The notes: generated from the sequence alone by a model not told the origin. 63,724 nt of DNA, filler included, from Desulfonatronovibrionaceae bacterium (GCA_046539845.1; 4 parts of 4 records of this genome joined end to end with filler, not necessarily neighbours in it); one strand, 5' to 3'. Positions 20,819 through 31,727 are shown, numbered from the whole stretch's first letter. Made by a program: numbers and translations.

Positions 20819-21571
20819 ATGCATAGCAAGATTTACGAATCCTTATTTTCCGGTCGCGGAAGGGCGTGTTTTTTGCTCGCCGGAGTTTTTTTTGTTTTTT
20901 CCGCATGCATTGGCGGAAGCCAGGAGCCGTATCCGGTGCCGGAAAATATCGGCCGGGCCCCGATGCAGCGCCAGGAATTCGTCACTCTCTTCCTCCGCGG
21001 ATGGTGGGGGGAGGCCGAGGCGGCCTTTCGCATGAGCGTGGACAATTTCATAAGCCAGGATGATTTCTGCTCCGCGGCCCGCAATTATGTTCTGGCTCAT
21101 CGCCTGCTCAAGTATGCCGGAGGGAGTGATCCCGGGCTCTTGCAAAAGGCCAGGGATCTACAAAAAACCGGGCAGAGCTGCCCCCGGGTTCTGGATGACA
21201 GCGGTCATCCTGTCTCGAGTCTGAAAAGCAGGGAATATTCAGCCCGGCTTGAGGAGCTGCAGAAAATGGAAAAGATCCTGCAGAAAGAGTCTGATCCTTT
21301 GTATGTTTCCGTGTATGCCCGCAAAGCCGCGGACAGGGCCTTGAATCAAGGCAATAGGGAGCTGGCAAAACGATTTCTGCAAATGGCCAGGGAGATGGAT
21401 TCCAAACGCGGCTGGGTGGTATTTTTGATTCGGGACTGGGAAGGCCTCTTGGCCCTGGAAGATGATCGGGAGCAAAAAGAGGAAATAAAGAAACGGATTG
21501 ATTATCTGCAAGCGCTTATTTCGCCGGGCGAGGAGGTGTTTGTCCACGAGAGAAGCGGTAACTCCGGCTGA
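20819..21571 (+). CDS. Hypothetical lipoprotein, TPR-like helices
   Basis: Lipobox FSAC followed by an all-helical region. Confidence 0.65.
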   Translation: MHSKIYESLFSGRGRACFLLAGVFFVFSACIGGSQEPYPVPENIGRAPMQRQEFVTLFLRGWWGEAEAAFRMSVDNFISQDDFCSAARNYVLAHRLLKYAGGSDPGLLQKARDLQKTGQSCPRVLDDSGHPVSSLKSREYSARLEELQKMEKILQKESDPLYVSVYARKAADRALNQGNRELAKRFLQMAREMDSKRGWVVFLIRDWEGLLALEDDREQKEEIKKRIDYLQALISPGEEVFVHERSGNSG

Positions 21572-21574
21572 TTT

Positions 21575-22627
21575 ATGGGAATAAACGACCTTATTTTTGC
21601 TCAGAACTCCCGCCAACTTTTTGGGCAGGTATACAGGGGTTTCGAATCCTCTGGGGCCACTCCTCAGGTTATAGCCGTCGCTTTGTTGACTTTGGCCGCC
21701 ATCCTGGCCGCTGTTTTGGGCTATGTTATTTATAAACGCTTTTTTGTCTCCCGCAGTGAGCAGAAGCTCTTTTTCGGGGAGATTACCGGGGCGGAGACAG
21801 TGTCTTCCATAATCGATCAGGCCGTTGTCCAGCGCAGTAAAGTAATGGCCAGGTTCAGCCGGAAAAACCGTCCCTTTGACTGTGCCATTTACAAGGCTGA
21901 ACAAGGGGAAATTGTTCTTGAGCCCCCGTATTTTGTCCAGCCCACCCCGAAGTGGCTGACCAAGCAGCTGGAATGTAATTTTCGTATCGGCCTGGACAGC
22001 CGGAATTTCCTTTTCTATTCTTTTTATTCCCCGATAATCGGGTTTGAGGATATGCAAGGCGTGCGCATGCTCCGTCTTACCTATCCCCAGAGCCTCTTTC
22101 TGGGCCAGAAGAGAAGACATCTACGTATAGAGCCCCCGGCCCGATGGGTGTATGGGCTGGCCGTATGGCAGGCAGTCAGGGGAGACGATTCTGGTTTTGA
22201 GTCTCGCATGGACTTTTGGGGCAGGCCAGTGGCCAGGCTGGAAGGGAAAAAACAAGGGCTTTTGTGGGTCGGGCTTATGGATATATCGGCCGGTGGCGCA
22301 CGTCTCAGGCTGCCCCGCGAGGCTGCTTCTGTAGTAGAGAAGATACGCGAGACCTATCCGTACCTCTTTGTATACATGTCTCTTTCAGACGGGAACCACG
22401 GCGTGGAACGCTTTGTTTTGGTTGCAAGGATAAAGTATAGTCATGTGGAATACGAACAGGATTTCTTTTCCGTGAGTCTGGAGTTCGTTCGCAGTGGCCG
22501 GGTAAAAAGTAAAAAGCATCGCCTGTTGCAATGGGGGGAGGTTGACTCGGCTCAGGGAGTGGAGGACCTAGGAAATTGGGTTTTTCAGCGTCATCTCCAG
22601 CTGTACCGCGAGAAGGGGACGGGCTGA
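21575..22627 (+). CDS. Membrane-anchored PilZ-type domain protein
   Basis: One TM segment; QKRRHLR and DISAGG PilZ motifs. Confidence 0.75.
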   Translation: MGINDLIFAQNSRQLFGQVYRGFESSGATPQVIAVALLTLAAILAAVLGYVIYKRFFVSRSEQKLFFGEITGAETVSSIIDQAVVQRSKVMARFSRKNRPFDCAIYKAEQGEIVLEPPYFVQPTPKWLTKQLECNFRIGLDSRNFLFYSFYSPIIGFEDMQGVRMLRLTYPQSLFLGQKRRHLRIEPPARWVYGLAVWQAVRGDDSGFESRMDFWGRPVARLEGKKQGLLWVGLMDISAGGARLRLPREAASVVEKIRETYPYLFVYMSLSDGNHGVERFVLVARIKYSHVEYEQDFFSVSLEFVRSGRVKSKKHRLLQWGEVDSAQGVEDLGNWVFQRHLQLYREKGTG

Positions 22628-22840
22628 GTTTTGTAAAGCCCGGATGCTGCGCGGTTGCGTTCCATTGTTTGTTTATTTACGATTATACTTTAGGGGTATG
22701 TGGTTTTTTGTTTGTCCCCTGTATTTGCCGGATACAGGCCTACCATACAGGGAAAAAGCTGGGCTGAGTTTCGGGGTGCGGACATAGCCGGGAGTGCAGT
22801 AGAGTTTAGTTCATCGATCAATATTTTTAGGAGGACGGGG

Positions 22841-23674
22841 TTGGAGGATAGTTCAGACAGTAGATTTTGGTCCTTTTTGCGGCGCATATTCGGTCAGAAA
22901 TGCGATCTGCCCCTGGAGGAGATCATTCTGGAGGCCAAGGACGAGGGTGAGCTCAAGGCCGACGAAGTGGCCATGCTTTTGAATGTCCTTCAGCTTGGAC
23001 AAAAGCAGGCCAGTGAGATCATGATCCCGCGGACCGATTTGGTCTGTGCAGAAGCGGGAAATTCCCTCAGGGAAGTGGTTCAGGTCATTATTGAGAGCGG
23101 GCATTCGCGTATTCCTATTTATCGGGAGAACCGGGATCATATCGTGGGCATCATTCACGCCAAGGACCTCTTGAGTCATTTGCTGGAAGGCGAGGCCGCA
23201 AAAGCCGGGGTGGAGGATATTATGCGTCCACCTTTTTTTGTCCCGGATACCAAGAATATAAAACAGATCCTGGTCGATTTTCAGAACAATAAGATTCATA
23301 TGGCTATTGTCTTGGATGAGTACGGCGGGACTTCTGGCATTTTGACCCTGGAAGATGTCCTGGAGGAAATCGTCGGAGAGATCGAGGATGAATACGATCC
23401 TCCCAAGCAGGATGAAATCGAGATCCAAGAGGATGGAACAGTTGTCGCTTTTGGAAGGACAAGCCTTGAGGAGCTTGCGGAGCGGGCGGGCATAGAACTC
23501 GACTCTGAGCAGGTGGAGACCGTGGGCGGATATGTCTGTGGTTTGGTGGGCCGGGTGCCGGAGGTAGACGAGGAAGTGCGCGACGGCTGTTATTTGTTTA
23601 AAGTCCAGGAAGCGGATGCCAAGCAGATAAAATCTTTGCTTATCAGGACGTTGCCCTCCCAGGAACTGCCATGA
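22841..23674 (+). CDS. CorC/HlyC-family CBS-domain protein
   Basis: IMIPR, GHSRIPIY and DEYGGTSGILTLEDVLEEIVGEI; TTG start after AGGAGG. Confidence 0.9.
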   Translation: MEDSSDSRFWSFLRRIFGQKCDLPLEEIILEAKDEGELKADEVAMLLNVLQLGQKQASEIMIPRTDLVCAEAGNSLREVVQVIIESGHSRIPIYRENRDHIVGIIHAKDLLSHLLEGEAAKAGVEDIMRPPFFVPDTKNIKQILVDFQNNKIHMAIVLDEYGGTSGILTLEDVLEEIVGEIEDEYDPPKQDEIEIQEDGTVVAFGRTSLEELAERAGIELDSEQVETVGGYVCGLVGRVPEVDEEVRDGCYLFKVQEADAKQIKSLLIRTLPSQELP

Positions 23675-25206
23675 ACCCCACTTTGTTCATCTCCGGGATC
23701 GCGGCCGCGGCTGGCGTGTTCTTCGGATTTGCCAATCCTGTCTTTTATTTCCCCCCGTTTATATTTTTGTATTTGATAGTCGTCAATCGGGTCCTGCTTG
23801 TATCCGAAGGGGTAAAGCAGGCCTCAAGCCGGGTTTTTTTTCCGGCGGTTTGCGGCTGCCTGGCCGGGTTGTATTGGGTGGTGGTGCCTGTGCATTACTA
23901 CGGTCATCTGCAGTGGTTTTTGGCCGTTCCGGCCGCAGTACTGCTGGCTATGTATGTGGCTGTGTTTACCTCGGTTTATGCGGCTTTTGTTCGCTGGATG
24001 CGGGACGGTTTGTCCCCGGTTTGGCTGGGAATATTTGCCGGCAGTGTGTGGGCGGGCCTGGAATACCTACGGCAGTGGCTTTTCGGGGGTTTCCCCTGGC
24101 TGAATATGGGTGGGGCTTTTGCCGGCTGGCCGGAGTCTGTTCAGGCCGCGGGATGGGTGGGCGAGGTGGGGCTGTCCGCCTCAGCGGCCTGTCTGGCTCT
24201 GTGGTTGAGCCTTCCGAAACGGGGGACAATTACGGCCGCTGTCGCCTTGGTCCTGGTCTTGCTTATCCCCGGCCTTTTCCGGGATGACCCCAGTTCCTTA
24301 AAAGAGGTCTCTTTGCTTTTGGTTCAGGGGAATGTGGATCAGAGCAAAAAATGGAGTGATGAATACAAACTGGACACATTGGAGAAATATAAGTCCCTGA
24401 CATCCAGCGGTCTGGAGACCGGAGATTTTGACTTGGTCATCTGGCCGGAGACAGCCATGCCTTTTTATGTCCAGGAGGTAAATGATTACAGCAGCAATTT
24501 GCGTGGTTTTGTCCGCAAGAATGACTTGTCTCTTGTGCTAGGGGCCCCAGGTTATGAAATGCTGGATTCCGGTGAGGATTACCAATTGTTCAACCGGGCC
24601 TTTTTCTTTAATTCCGAAGGAGAAATAGAGGATGCCTACGATAAAATGCGCCTGGTCCCCTTTGGGGAATATGTGCCGCTGAAGAATATTTTCCCCTTTC
24701 TGGACAAGCTGGTGCACGGGGCCAAGGATTTTTCTCCGGGCGGAGCCCCGCGCCCACTGCAAACCGATTCTCTTGCCTTGGGGATGCTCATCTGCTATGA
24801 AATCATATATTCCGGGCAGGTGCAAGACGAGGTCGAGGCTGGGGCTAATCTGTTGGTCAATTTGAGCAATGACGCTTGGTTCGGCCGGACATCCGCTCCA
24901 AGGCAGCATTTGCACATGGCTGTTATGCGGGCGGTGGAGCAGGGTAGGTACCTGGCCCGGGCCACTAACACTGGAATATCGGCGTTTATTTCCCCGGCTG
25001 GCCGGATCCTGGAAGAAAGCGGTTTGTTTCAGGCCGGATTTCTCCATGCAGAGGTGTCTGCCTCCGATTCCCGGACCTTTTTCAGCCGCCATTATTCAGC
25101 GGTGCATTGTTTTTGGTTTACAGCAGCTGCTTTGCTATTGCTGTATGGTCTTTTGCGGGGAAAGAGGCAAAAAAGGGATTTCTCAGCCGTATCCAGCCGG
25201 GGCTGA
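23671..25206 (+). CDS. lnt: Apolipoprotein N-acyltransferase
   Basis: VQGN, IWPETA, YDKMRLVPFGEY, LICYEI, SNDAWFG and RATNTGIS. Confidence 0.95.
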   Translation: MNPTLFISGIAAAAGVFFGFANPVFYFPPFIFLYLIVVNRVLLVSEGVKQASSRVFFPAVCGCLAGLYWVVVPVHYYGHLQWFLAVPAAVLLAMYVAVFTSVYAAFVRWMRDGLSPVWLGIFAGSVWAGLEYLRQWLFGGFPWLNMGGAFAGWPESVQAAGWVGEVGLSASAACLALWLSLPKRGTITAAVALVLVLLIPGLFRDDPSSLKEVSLLLVQGNVDQSKKWSDEYKLDTLEKYKSLTSSGLETGDFDLVIWPETAMPFYVQEVNDYSSNLRGFVRKNDLSLVLGAPGYEMLDSGEDYQLFNRAFFFNSEGEIEDAYDKMRLVPFGEYVPLKNIFPFLDKLVHGAKDFSPGGAPRPLQTDSLALGMLICYEIIYSGQVQDEVEAGANLLVNLSNDAWFGRTSAPRQHLHMAVMRAVEQGRYLARATNTGISAFISPAGRILEESGLFQAGFLHAEVSASDSRTFFSRHYSAVHCFWFTAAALLLLYGLLRGKRQKRDFSAVSSRG

Positions 25207-25245
25207 TGTACGGTATAAAAATAAATAAAATAATTACAGCGGTAT

Positions 25246-26353
25246 ATGTTACAATTAGCAGATTTGAGGAACCGGGCCGAGGAACTCTTGACCAGATTTG
25301 AATCCTTCTGGGGGCGGCTTTGACCTGGGCGGGAAGAAGGAAAGGCTGCAGGAGATAGAGAGTATACTTGCCCGTCCCGGGGCCTGGGACAATCCCGAGG
25401 CCTTGACTCCTGTACTGCAGGAAAAGAGCCAGCTGGATGAATCAGTGCACAAGCTGGAGAGCCTGAAGAGCGCTGAACAGGACCTGCGGGAATGGCTGGA
25501 TTTTGCCGAGCAGGATCACAGCGAGGAGGTCCTGCAGGCGCTTGAGGATAATCTCCTTCTCCTGAGTCGGGCTTTGGAGCGGGCCGAAATCGAAGTCTTT
25601 CTGTCCGGCCCCGAGGACAAGGCACCGGCTATTCTGGAGATACATCCGGGTGCCGGCGGGACCGAGGCTCAGGACTGGGCGGAGATGCTTCTGCGCATGT
25701 ACAAGCGTTGGGCGGAGAGGCAGGATCTTAAAGTCGAGTATCTGGATTACCTCCCCGGAGACGAGGCCGGGCTCAAGAGCGTGGTTTTGCAGATCACAGG
25801 CGCCTTCTGTTACGGTCTTTTGAAGGGGGAAAAGGGTATACACCGTCTTATTCGCATCTCCCCGTTCGATACTTCCGGGCGCAGGCATACTTCCTTTGCC
25901 TCGGTGGATATATATCCGCAGGCGAGCGAGGGTATCGAGATAGAGGTCCGCGACGAGGACCTGCGTGTGGATGTGTATCGCTCAAGCGGGCCGGGGGGGC
26001 AGCATGTGAACAAGACCAGCTCCGCCATACGCATCACTCATATTCCCACTGGAATGGTCGCCCAATGCCAGAACGAACGTTCCCAGAGCAGGAACAAGGA
26101 GGCTGCTTTGAAGCTTTTGAAGGCCAAACTCTACGACATAGAAGTCCAGAAAAGGGAGCAGGAAAAGCAGTCCGAATATGAAAGTAAGGAAGCCATTGCC
26201 TGGGGAAGCCAGATCAGGACCTATACCCTCCAGCCCTATCGCCTGGTCAAGGACCATCGTACTGGTGCGGAGAGCGGCAATGTGGATGCGGTCCTGGACG
26301 GAGATATTGATTTGTTCATGCGCAGCTATCTGATGGCGAGTCATGCCGGATAA
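25246..26353 (+). CDS. prfB: Peptide chain release factor 2 (programmed +1 frameshift)
   Basis: ATG 25246 runs 25 codons to CTT-TGA-C (25318-25324) and continues in the +1 frame; SPF and GGQ motifs. Confidence 0.97.
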
Positions 26354-27194
26354 GATCTTGTCCACGTACGGCGTGAACGAACAGAGGATGTTCTCTGAGT
26401 TGTCTGAACTGGAGGCCATCATCCGCTCGGCTGTCCCGGCAGACGGCTCTGAGACCGGCGGGTCGGTCGCTCTCATCCGTCTGGTCCACGGTCTTTCCGA
26501 AGAGGAAATGCATCGTTTTTTAAAGGCCCATGAGCTGGCGGACAGATGGGTGCCAGTGTCCCTCTCTAGGGATTTTCCCGCCTTGGATCGTTTCAGTCGG
26601 ATTCTAAAGCGGCTGATTCAGGAGCGGGACCGCGATTATCTGACCGGACTCAGGAATCGGCGTTTTTTTGAGCGGGTTTTGGACCGGGAGATGGAGCTGG
26701 GCCGGGAGTTCAGAGTACCCGTGACATTGGTCATTCTGGATGTGGACGATTTCAAGGATATAAACGATACCTTCGGACATTCGGTCGGGGACCGGGTTCT
26801 GCGTGAACTGGCCGGGACAATAAGTAGTGAACTCAGGGCTACGGATGTGGCCGCCCGGATAGGAGGCGAGGAGTTCGCGTTAATTCTGTCCGGTTCCGGC
26901 AAGCGGCAGTCGGAAAAAATACTGCAAAGGCTCCGGGAGAGGATTTCGAATTCCGTACTCAGATGCGACCGGACTGAAAAGGATGTTACCTTTACCGCCT
27001 CCTTTGGTGCGGTCACTTATCGCGGGGTTGGTGAAACAGATTGGAAGACCTTGTTCGAGGCCGCGGACAAGGCTTTGTATCTGGCCAAGGAAATGGGCAA
27101 GAACCGGGTGGAGATAGCGGTGCTCACCGGACTGAGAACAAAAGACGCGGCCGTGGTCGGCCGCGAAGAGAAAAAGTTTCTGTTTTCCGGCTGA
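26343..27194 (+). CDS. Diguanylate cyclase (GGEEF)
   Basis: DYLTGL.NRR, DVDDFKDIND and RATD...RIGGEEF. Confidence 0.9.
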   Translation: MPDKILSTYGVNEQRMFSELSELEAIIRSAVPADGSETGGSVALIRLVHGLSEEEMHRFLKAHELADRWVPVSLSRDFPALDRFSRILKRLIQERDRDYLTGLRNRRFFERVLDREMELGREFRVPVTLVILDVDDFKDINDTFGHSVGDRVLRELAGTISSELRATDVAARIGGEEFALILSGSGKRQSEKILQRLRERISNSVLRCDRTEKDVTFTASFGAVTYRGVGETDWKTLFEAADKALYLAKEMGKNRVEIAVLTGLRTKDAAVVGREEKKFLFSG

Positions 27195-27290
27195 TAAAGG
27201 GGCGGGAGCCGTGCTGCCGGGCGGATTAATCTAACAGGCCGCAGTCCTGTCGAAAGAGTGGCTGCGACCCGGAGAAGTCAGCAGGAGACC

Positions 27291-28109
27291 ATGAAGAAAT
27301 ACAATACCTACAGTCTGTCCGTTATGAGCGGCAAGGGCGGCGTGGGCAAGACCAATCTGTGCCTGAATCTGGCCTATGCCCTGTATGCGAATTACAAGTC
27401 AGCCATCCTTATGGACTGTGATCTGGGCCTGGCCAATCTGGATGTGCTTTTGGGTATATCCCCGGAGAAGAACATGCAGGACCTTTTGCAGGGTGAGGCC
27501 GACCCCGGGGAGATTGTTTTAAGTCTGGAAAAGAACGGTCTGGATCTTTTGCCGGCGGCATCCGGAGTCCCGGAGCTGGTGGAGCTGGACGAGGACTTAC
27601 AGGGCGTGCTTCTGGAAAAACTGAACCGCCTTTTCAGCGCCTACGAATTTTTGCTTTTGGATCTGGGCGCGGGCATAAACAATTCGGTCCTTTCCTTTGC
27701 CCGGATGACGCATGAGCGGATAGTAGTCATCACCCCGGAGCCCACTTCCCTTACTGACAGTTATGCCTTGATCAAGGTCTTGAGCAGTAAATACGGCCTC
27801 AGGCATTTTTATCTGTTGGTGAATATGGTCGATTCGGATCGCGAGGCCAAACTCGGATTCGAACGCATGAAGGTGGCCAGTGAGAAGTTTCTGGGAGTGA
27901 CCTGCAGTTTTTTGGGTGCGGTGCACAACGATCCCAATCTCCCTCTGGCGGTTCGGGACCAAAGGGCGTTTATAAAAAACTACCCCGATTCCCGGGCGTC
28001 CAAAGACATCCGAACCATAGCCGATCGTATCCTTGCATTGCGCGGGGCCAGGGCTGAGGACCTGGACCGGGCCCCGGTGCTGAGCTTGGGAAATGATAAT
28101 GTATATTAA
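27291..28109 (+). CDS. MinD/FlhG-family ATPase
   Basis: SGKGGVGKT, DCDLGLANLD and TPEPTSLTDSY. Confidence 0.9.
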   Translation: MKKYNTYSLSVMSGKGGVGKTNLCLNLAYALYANYKSAILMDCDLGLANLDVLLGISPEKNMQDLLQGEADPGEIVLSLEKNGLDLLPAASGVPELVELDEDLQGVLLEKLNRLFSAYEFLLLDLGAGINNSVLSFARMTHERIVVITPEPTSLTDSYALIKVLSSKYGLRHFYLLVNMVDSDREAKLGFERMKVASEKFLGVTCSFLGAVHNDPNLPLAVRDQRAFIKNYPDSRASKDIRTIADRILALRGARAEDLDRAPVLSLGNDNVY

Positions 28110-28192
28110 AGAACTCCTTGACCTTTTACCGCTCTTTCAGGCAAATAAGTCTTGAATATAGGCAATTTAGTGTCACGGCAACGAGGGAGAAA

Positions 28193-28468
28193 ATGAACAA
28201 GAGCGAATTGATCCGACTATTGGCTGAGGAGAGGGATATGGCCCATGAGGATGCGGCCAAGGTGGTGAATACCTTTTTCGAGTCCATGAAAGAGGCCCTC
28301 AAAAACGGCGACCGCATCGAAATCCGGGGTTTTGGAAGTTTCAAGATCAAGGAGTATGAGGGCTATGTTGGGCGCAATCCGCGTACCGGGGAAAAGGTGG
28401 ACGTCAAATCCAAGAGACTGCCTTTTTTTCGGGTGGGCAAAGAATTGCGCGAATATCTGAATAGTTAA
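28193..28468 (+). CDS. ihfB: Integration host factor beta / HU family
   Basis: MNKSEL, IEIRGFGSF and GRNPRTGE. Confidence 0.88.
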   Translation: MNKSELIRLLAEERDMAHEDAAKVVNTFFESMKEALKNGDRIEIRGFGSFKIKEYEGYVGRNPRTGEKVDVKSKRLPFFRVGKELREYLNS

Positions 28469-29322
28469 TGCGCCGTCTCTTTTTCCTGTTTTCTCTCTGT
28501 ATATTGCTGTTTCCGTTTTTGGTCTATGCCGGAAAGGCCGATTTAGAGATTTATTATACGGCCAACTCGTTCGGAAAGATCCGGGCTTGTCCCACCTGAG
28601 GCGGTAAGACCATTGGCGGGTTGGCCCGGAGGGCCACTTTAATGAAAAAAAACCGGGCCGAGGAAGAAGCAGGTGTGTGGATCCGAGGGCCGTATGAATA
28701 TAAAAATCCGGATCGGGCCGAGTCCCCGAGTCCTGAACGCGTTGCTCTTTTGAACCGCGTTTACTCCAGGCTGGATTACGACTTGAGCTTTCCCCTCTCG
28801 ATTGAGCATATCCCTGAGGACATTCAGGACGGCGCCCTTTCTTTTTCTACCGCTGAGGCCAAAACATTATTTGCGGATACTGCTGCGGGCCGGATCGGTT
28901 TTTTGCTTTTGCCGCGAGAAGCCGGGGAGCAGTCCAGAATAGGGATGCAGAAAACCATAGAAAGACTGCGCAAAGACCCGGAGGTGGTCCTTGTTGTTGC
29001 TGTGTCCTCGCTGGGGGCAAAAGAGGAGAACGCCCTTTTCAGCGACCAGGATTTTTCTCCGGATGTGTTTCTGGGCGGAGGCCCGGGCGCAGGGATGCGC
29101 GGCCGGGTGAAGGACAACGGTCAAACCCTGTGGGTAAGGCCTTATCCTCGAGGAACGGCAGTAAGTGTAATTCGTTTTTATTCTCTGACCGGGAGGTCAG
29201 GCGAGCATACATGGGTCAAAAACGAGACAGTCGAGTTTGATGCGCTTCCATTGCGCGGAAAATACAAAAGGGACAAGGAAATACTGGACATCCTGACCGG
29301 AAAACCAGATAAAGGGAATTGA
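28468..29322 (+). CDS. UshA-like selenoprotein (CxxU), exported
   Basis: ATG overlaps the ihfB stop (TAATG). Signal peptide, then YTANSFGKIRACPT-TGA(28597)-GGKTIGGLARRAT in frame with the 28621 ORF. Hairpin TGGCCC-GGA-GGGCCA at 28622-28636. Confidence 0.8.
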
Positions 29323-30174
29323 ATGCACCTATTCACAGGCCGCAGTGTAGTTTTTTACAAAATGCAGGGCAGCGGAAACGACTTTATTCTCTTTGATAAT
29401 CGAGAGCTGTGTCTGCCTGCAGACAAAATGTCCGAGTGGGCAAAGCGCCTTTGTCCAAGGGCGTTTGCTGTTGGTGCGGATGGAATGATATTTCTGAATC
29501 CACCGTCCGGACCTGAAGTGGATTATGAGTGGGATTTTTTCAATTCCGACGGATCCCGGGCGGAGATGTGCGGGAACGGTTCCCGTTGCGCCGCCCGGTT
29601 GGCATACATGCTTGGTCTGGCCGAAGCAGAACACGTGTTCGGCACAGATGCCGGTCCGGTGGCGGCCCAGGTCCTGGACCGGGACCGGGTCCGGGTCCAA
29701 TTGACCGCGGTCAAAGAGGTCCAAACCGGGATAGATCTCCCCGCTTTGGACGGAGGGGAGCGGTTGAGCGTGTATTTCACCAATACCGGGGTGCCGCATG
29801 CGGTTGTGATCAGCCGGGAAGTGCAATCCGTGGATGTTTATGCTCTCGGGCGCAGGATACGTAATCATGACTATTTTGCCCCGGCCGGTGCGAATGTGAA
29901 TTTTGTCCAGTCGATGGACAGCGGCCGGATCCTTTTACGCACCTATGAGCGGGGCGTAGAGGAGGAGACATATGCCTGCGGCACCGGCGCGGCGGCTGCT
30001 GTGGTAGTGGCCCGCAACCTGGGCCTCTGCGGGGAGGAGGTCGAGGTGACCACTTCCGGCGGGGAGAGGCTAGGCATACTTCTGGAGGAGGACCGGGTCT
30101 TTCTTTCCGGACCGGCCAGGCTTGTCTTTCGCGGGGAGACGGAAGTGGAGAGATTCGGTCTGGCTAGGCCGTAG
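29323..30174 (+). CDS. dapF: Diaminopimelate epimerase
   Basis: KMQGSGNDF, EMCGNG, NTGVPH and ERGVEEETYACGTG. Confidence 0.95.
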   Translation: MHLFTGRSVVFYKMQGSGNDFILFDNRELCLPADKMSEWAKRLCPRAFAVGADGMIFLNPPSGPEVDYEWDFFNSDGSRAEMCGNGSRCAARLAYMLGLAEAEHVFGTDAGPVAAQVLDRDRVRVQLTAVKEVQTGIDLPALDGGERLSVYFTNTGVPHAVVISREVQSVDVYALGRRIRNHDYFAPAGANVNFVQSMDSGRILLRTYERGVEEETYACGTGAAAAVVVARNLGLCGEEVEVTTSGGERLGILLEEDRVFLSGPARLVFRGETEVERFGLARP

Positions 30175-30294
30175 AGGGCGGGTAGTGTCTCCGACAGGAT
30201 ACTTGTCCTGATTGCAGATTTTTGCCCGGGACCGTTGTTTTCAGATGCGTTTACCGGCATCTGGGAAAGAGAATTTTAACCCAAGGAGGAGATT

Positions 30295-31173
30295 ATGCAG
30301 TTTAAGGGAGCATACAGCGCCTTGATAACTCCTTTCAAGGACGGACGAATAGACGAAGAGACCTATCGTAATTTTATCGAGTGGCAGATTGAACAGGGGA
30401 TTGACGGCCTAGTCCCGTGCGGGACCACGGGAGAGTCGGCCACTCTCGATCACGGTGAACACAAAAAGGCCATCAGCATCTGTGTGGATCAGGCTAAAAG
30501 CCGGGTCCCGGTAGTGGCCGGAGCCGGGTCCAACGCCACGGCTGAGGCCATTGACCTGGCCGGGCACGCCCGGGATGCCGGTGCGGACGCCGCCCTTATG
30601 ATCACCCCTTACTACAACAAGCCTACTCAGGGAGGGGTTGTTGCCCATTTTAAGGCCATAGCCAAAGAGGTGCACATTCCTATGTTCGTATACAATGTGC
30701 CCGGCCGCACTGCGCTGAATGTTTTGCCCCGGACTATGGCTAGGCTCTTTCAAGAGGTCCCGGAAGTCATCGGGACCAAGGAAGCCTCGGCCGATCTGAA
30801 ACAGATATCGGAAGTGGTGGAGTTTGCGGGTCCGGATTTTTGTGTGCTTTCTGGGGACGATTTTACCGTGCTTCCTTTGCTCTCCGTTGGCGGTCAAGGT
30901 GTCATTTCAGTCACTTCCAATATAGTTCCGTCCATGATGAGCAAGATGTGCTCTGCGTTTGATAAAGGAGACCTTGATCGGGCCCGGGATCTACATTATC
31001 AGATGGCTCCCCTGTGTCGGGCCATGTTTCTGGAAACCAATCCTATTCCGGTCAAGACCGCGGTCCATCTTATGGGCAAGTGTCCGCTCGAGTTTCGGCT
31101 TCCTTTGGTCGAGCTGGCTGCAGAGAACAAAGAGGCCCTTAAGAGCGTCCTTAAGGAACACGGGTTGATTTAA
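30295..31173 (+). CDS. dapA: 4-hydroxy-tetrahydrodipicolinate synthase
   Basis: GTTGES, PYYNKP, YNVPGRT and ETNPIPVK. Confidence 0.96.
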   Translation: MQFKGAYSALITPFKDGRIDEETYRNFIEWQIEQGIDGLVPCGTTGESATLDHGEHKKAISICVDQAKSRVPVVAGAGSNATAEAIDLAGHARDAGADAALMITPYYNKPTQGGVVAHFKAIAKEVHIPMFVYNVPGRTALNVLPRTMARLFQEVPEVIGTKEASADLKQISEVVEFAGPDFCVLSGDDFTVLPLLSVGGQGVISVTSNIVPSMMSKMCSAFDKGDLDRARDLHYQMAPLCRAMFLETNPIPVKTAVHLMGKCPLEFRLPLVELAAENKEALKSVLKEHGLI

Positions 31174-31195
31174 ATCTCTTCCCGGACACAAGTCT

Positions 31196-31226
31196 AAAAA
31201 CCCGCAGTTTTTAAGCGGGTTTTTTT
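31196..31226 (+). terminator. Rho-independent terminator after dapA
   Basis: AAAAACCCGC...GCGGGTTTTTTT. Confidence 0.75.
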
Positions 31227-31265
31227 GTCTCCAGTATCCGGGGTAGGTTGAAAAGGAGAGATGAA

Positions 31266-31727
31266 ATGCAAAAGAAACCGATTCAGCACCAGTATGCGGA
31301 TGAGTTGTGTCATTGCTACGGCTGCGGGCGTCTGAATCCCGAAGGATTGGGGATAAAGAGCGTGTGGGACGGCAGGGAGGCTGTGGCCCGTTTTACACCC
31401 CGCTTTTACCATATCGCCATCCCCGGGTATGTTTACGGGGGATTGCTCGCCTCGCTTGTGGACTGCCACGGTGTGGGCACGGCTGCGGCCGCTGCAGCGG
31501 AAGAAGCGGGGGAAGGCGCTGCAAACACGCTTCCGCGCTATGTTACCGCTGCTTTGCATATCTATTTCCTCAAACCCACCCCCCTGGGTCCGGAACTGGA
31601 ACTCAGGGGCAGGCTCAAGGAGAGAAAAAAAAGCAAAATAGTGGTGGAAGTGGAAATTTATGCCCAGGACGAGATCAAGGTCAAAGGGGAGGTAGTGGCC
31701 GCGCCCATGCCCCGGGCAATGAGATGA
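31266..31727 (+). CDS. PaaI/hotdog-fold thioesterase
   Basis: HCYGCG..NPEGL, GYVYGGLLASLVDCH and YVTAAL. Confidence 0.85.
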   Translation: MQKKPIQHQYADELCHCYGCGRLNPEGLGIKSVWDGREAVARFTPRFYHIAIPGYVYGGLLASLVDCHGVGTAAAAAAEEAGEGAANTLPRYVTAALHIYFLKPTPLGPELELRGRLKERKKSKIVVEVEIYAQDEIKVKGEVVAAPMPRAMR

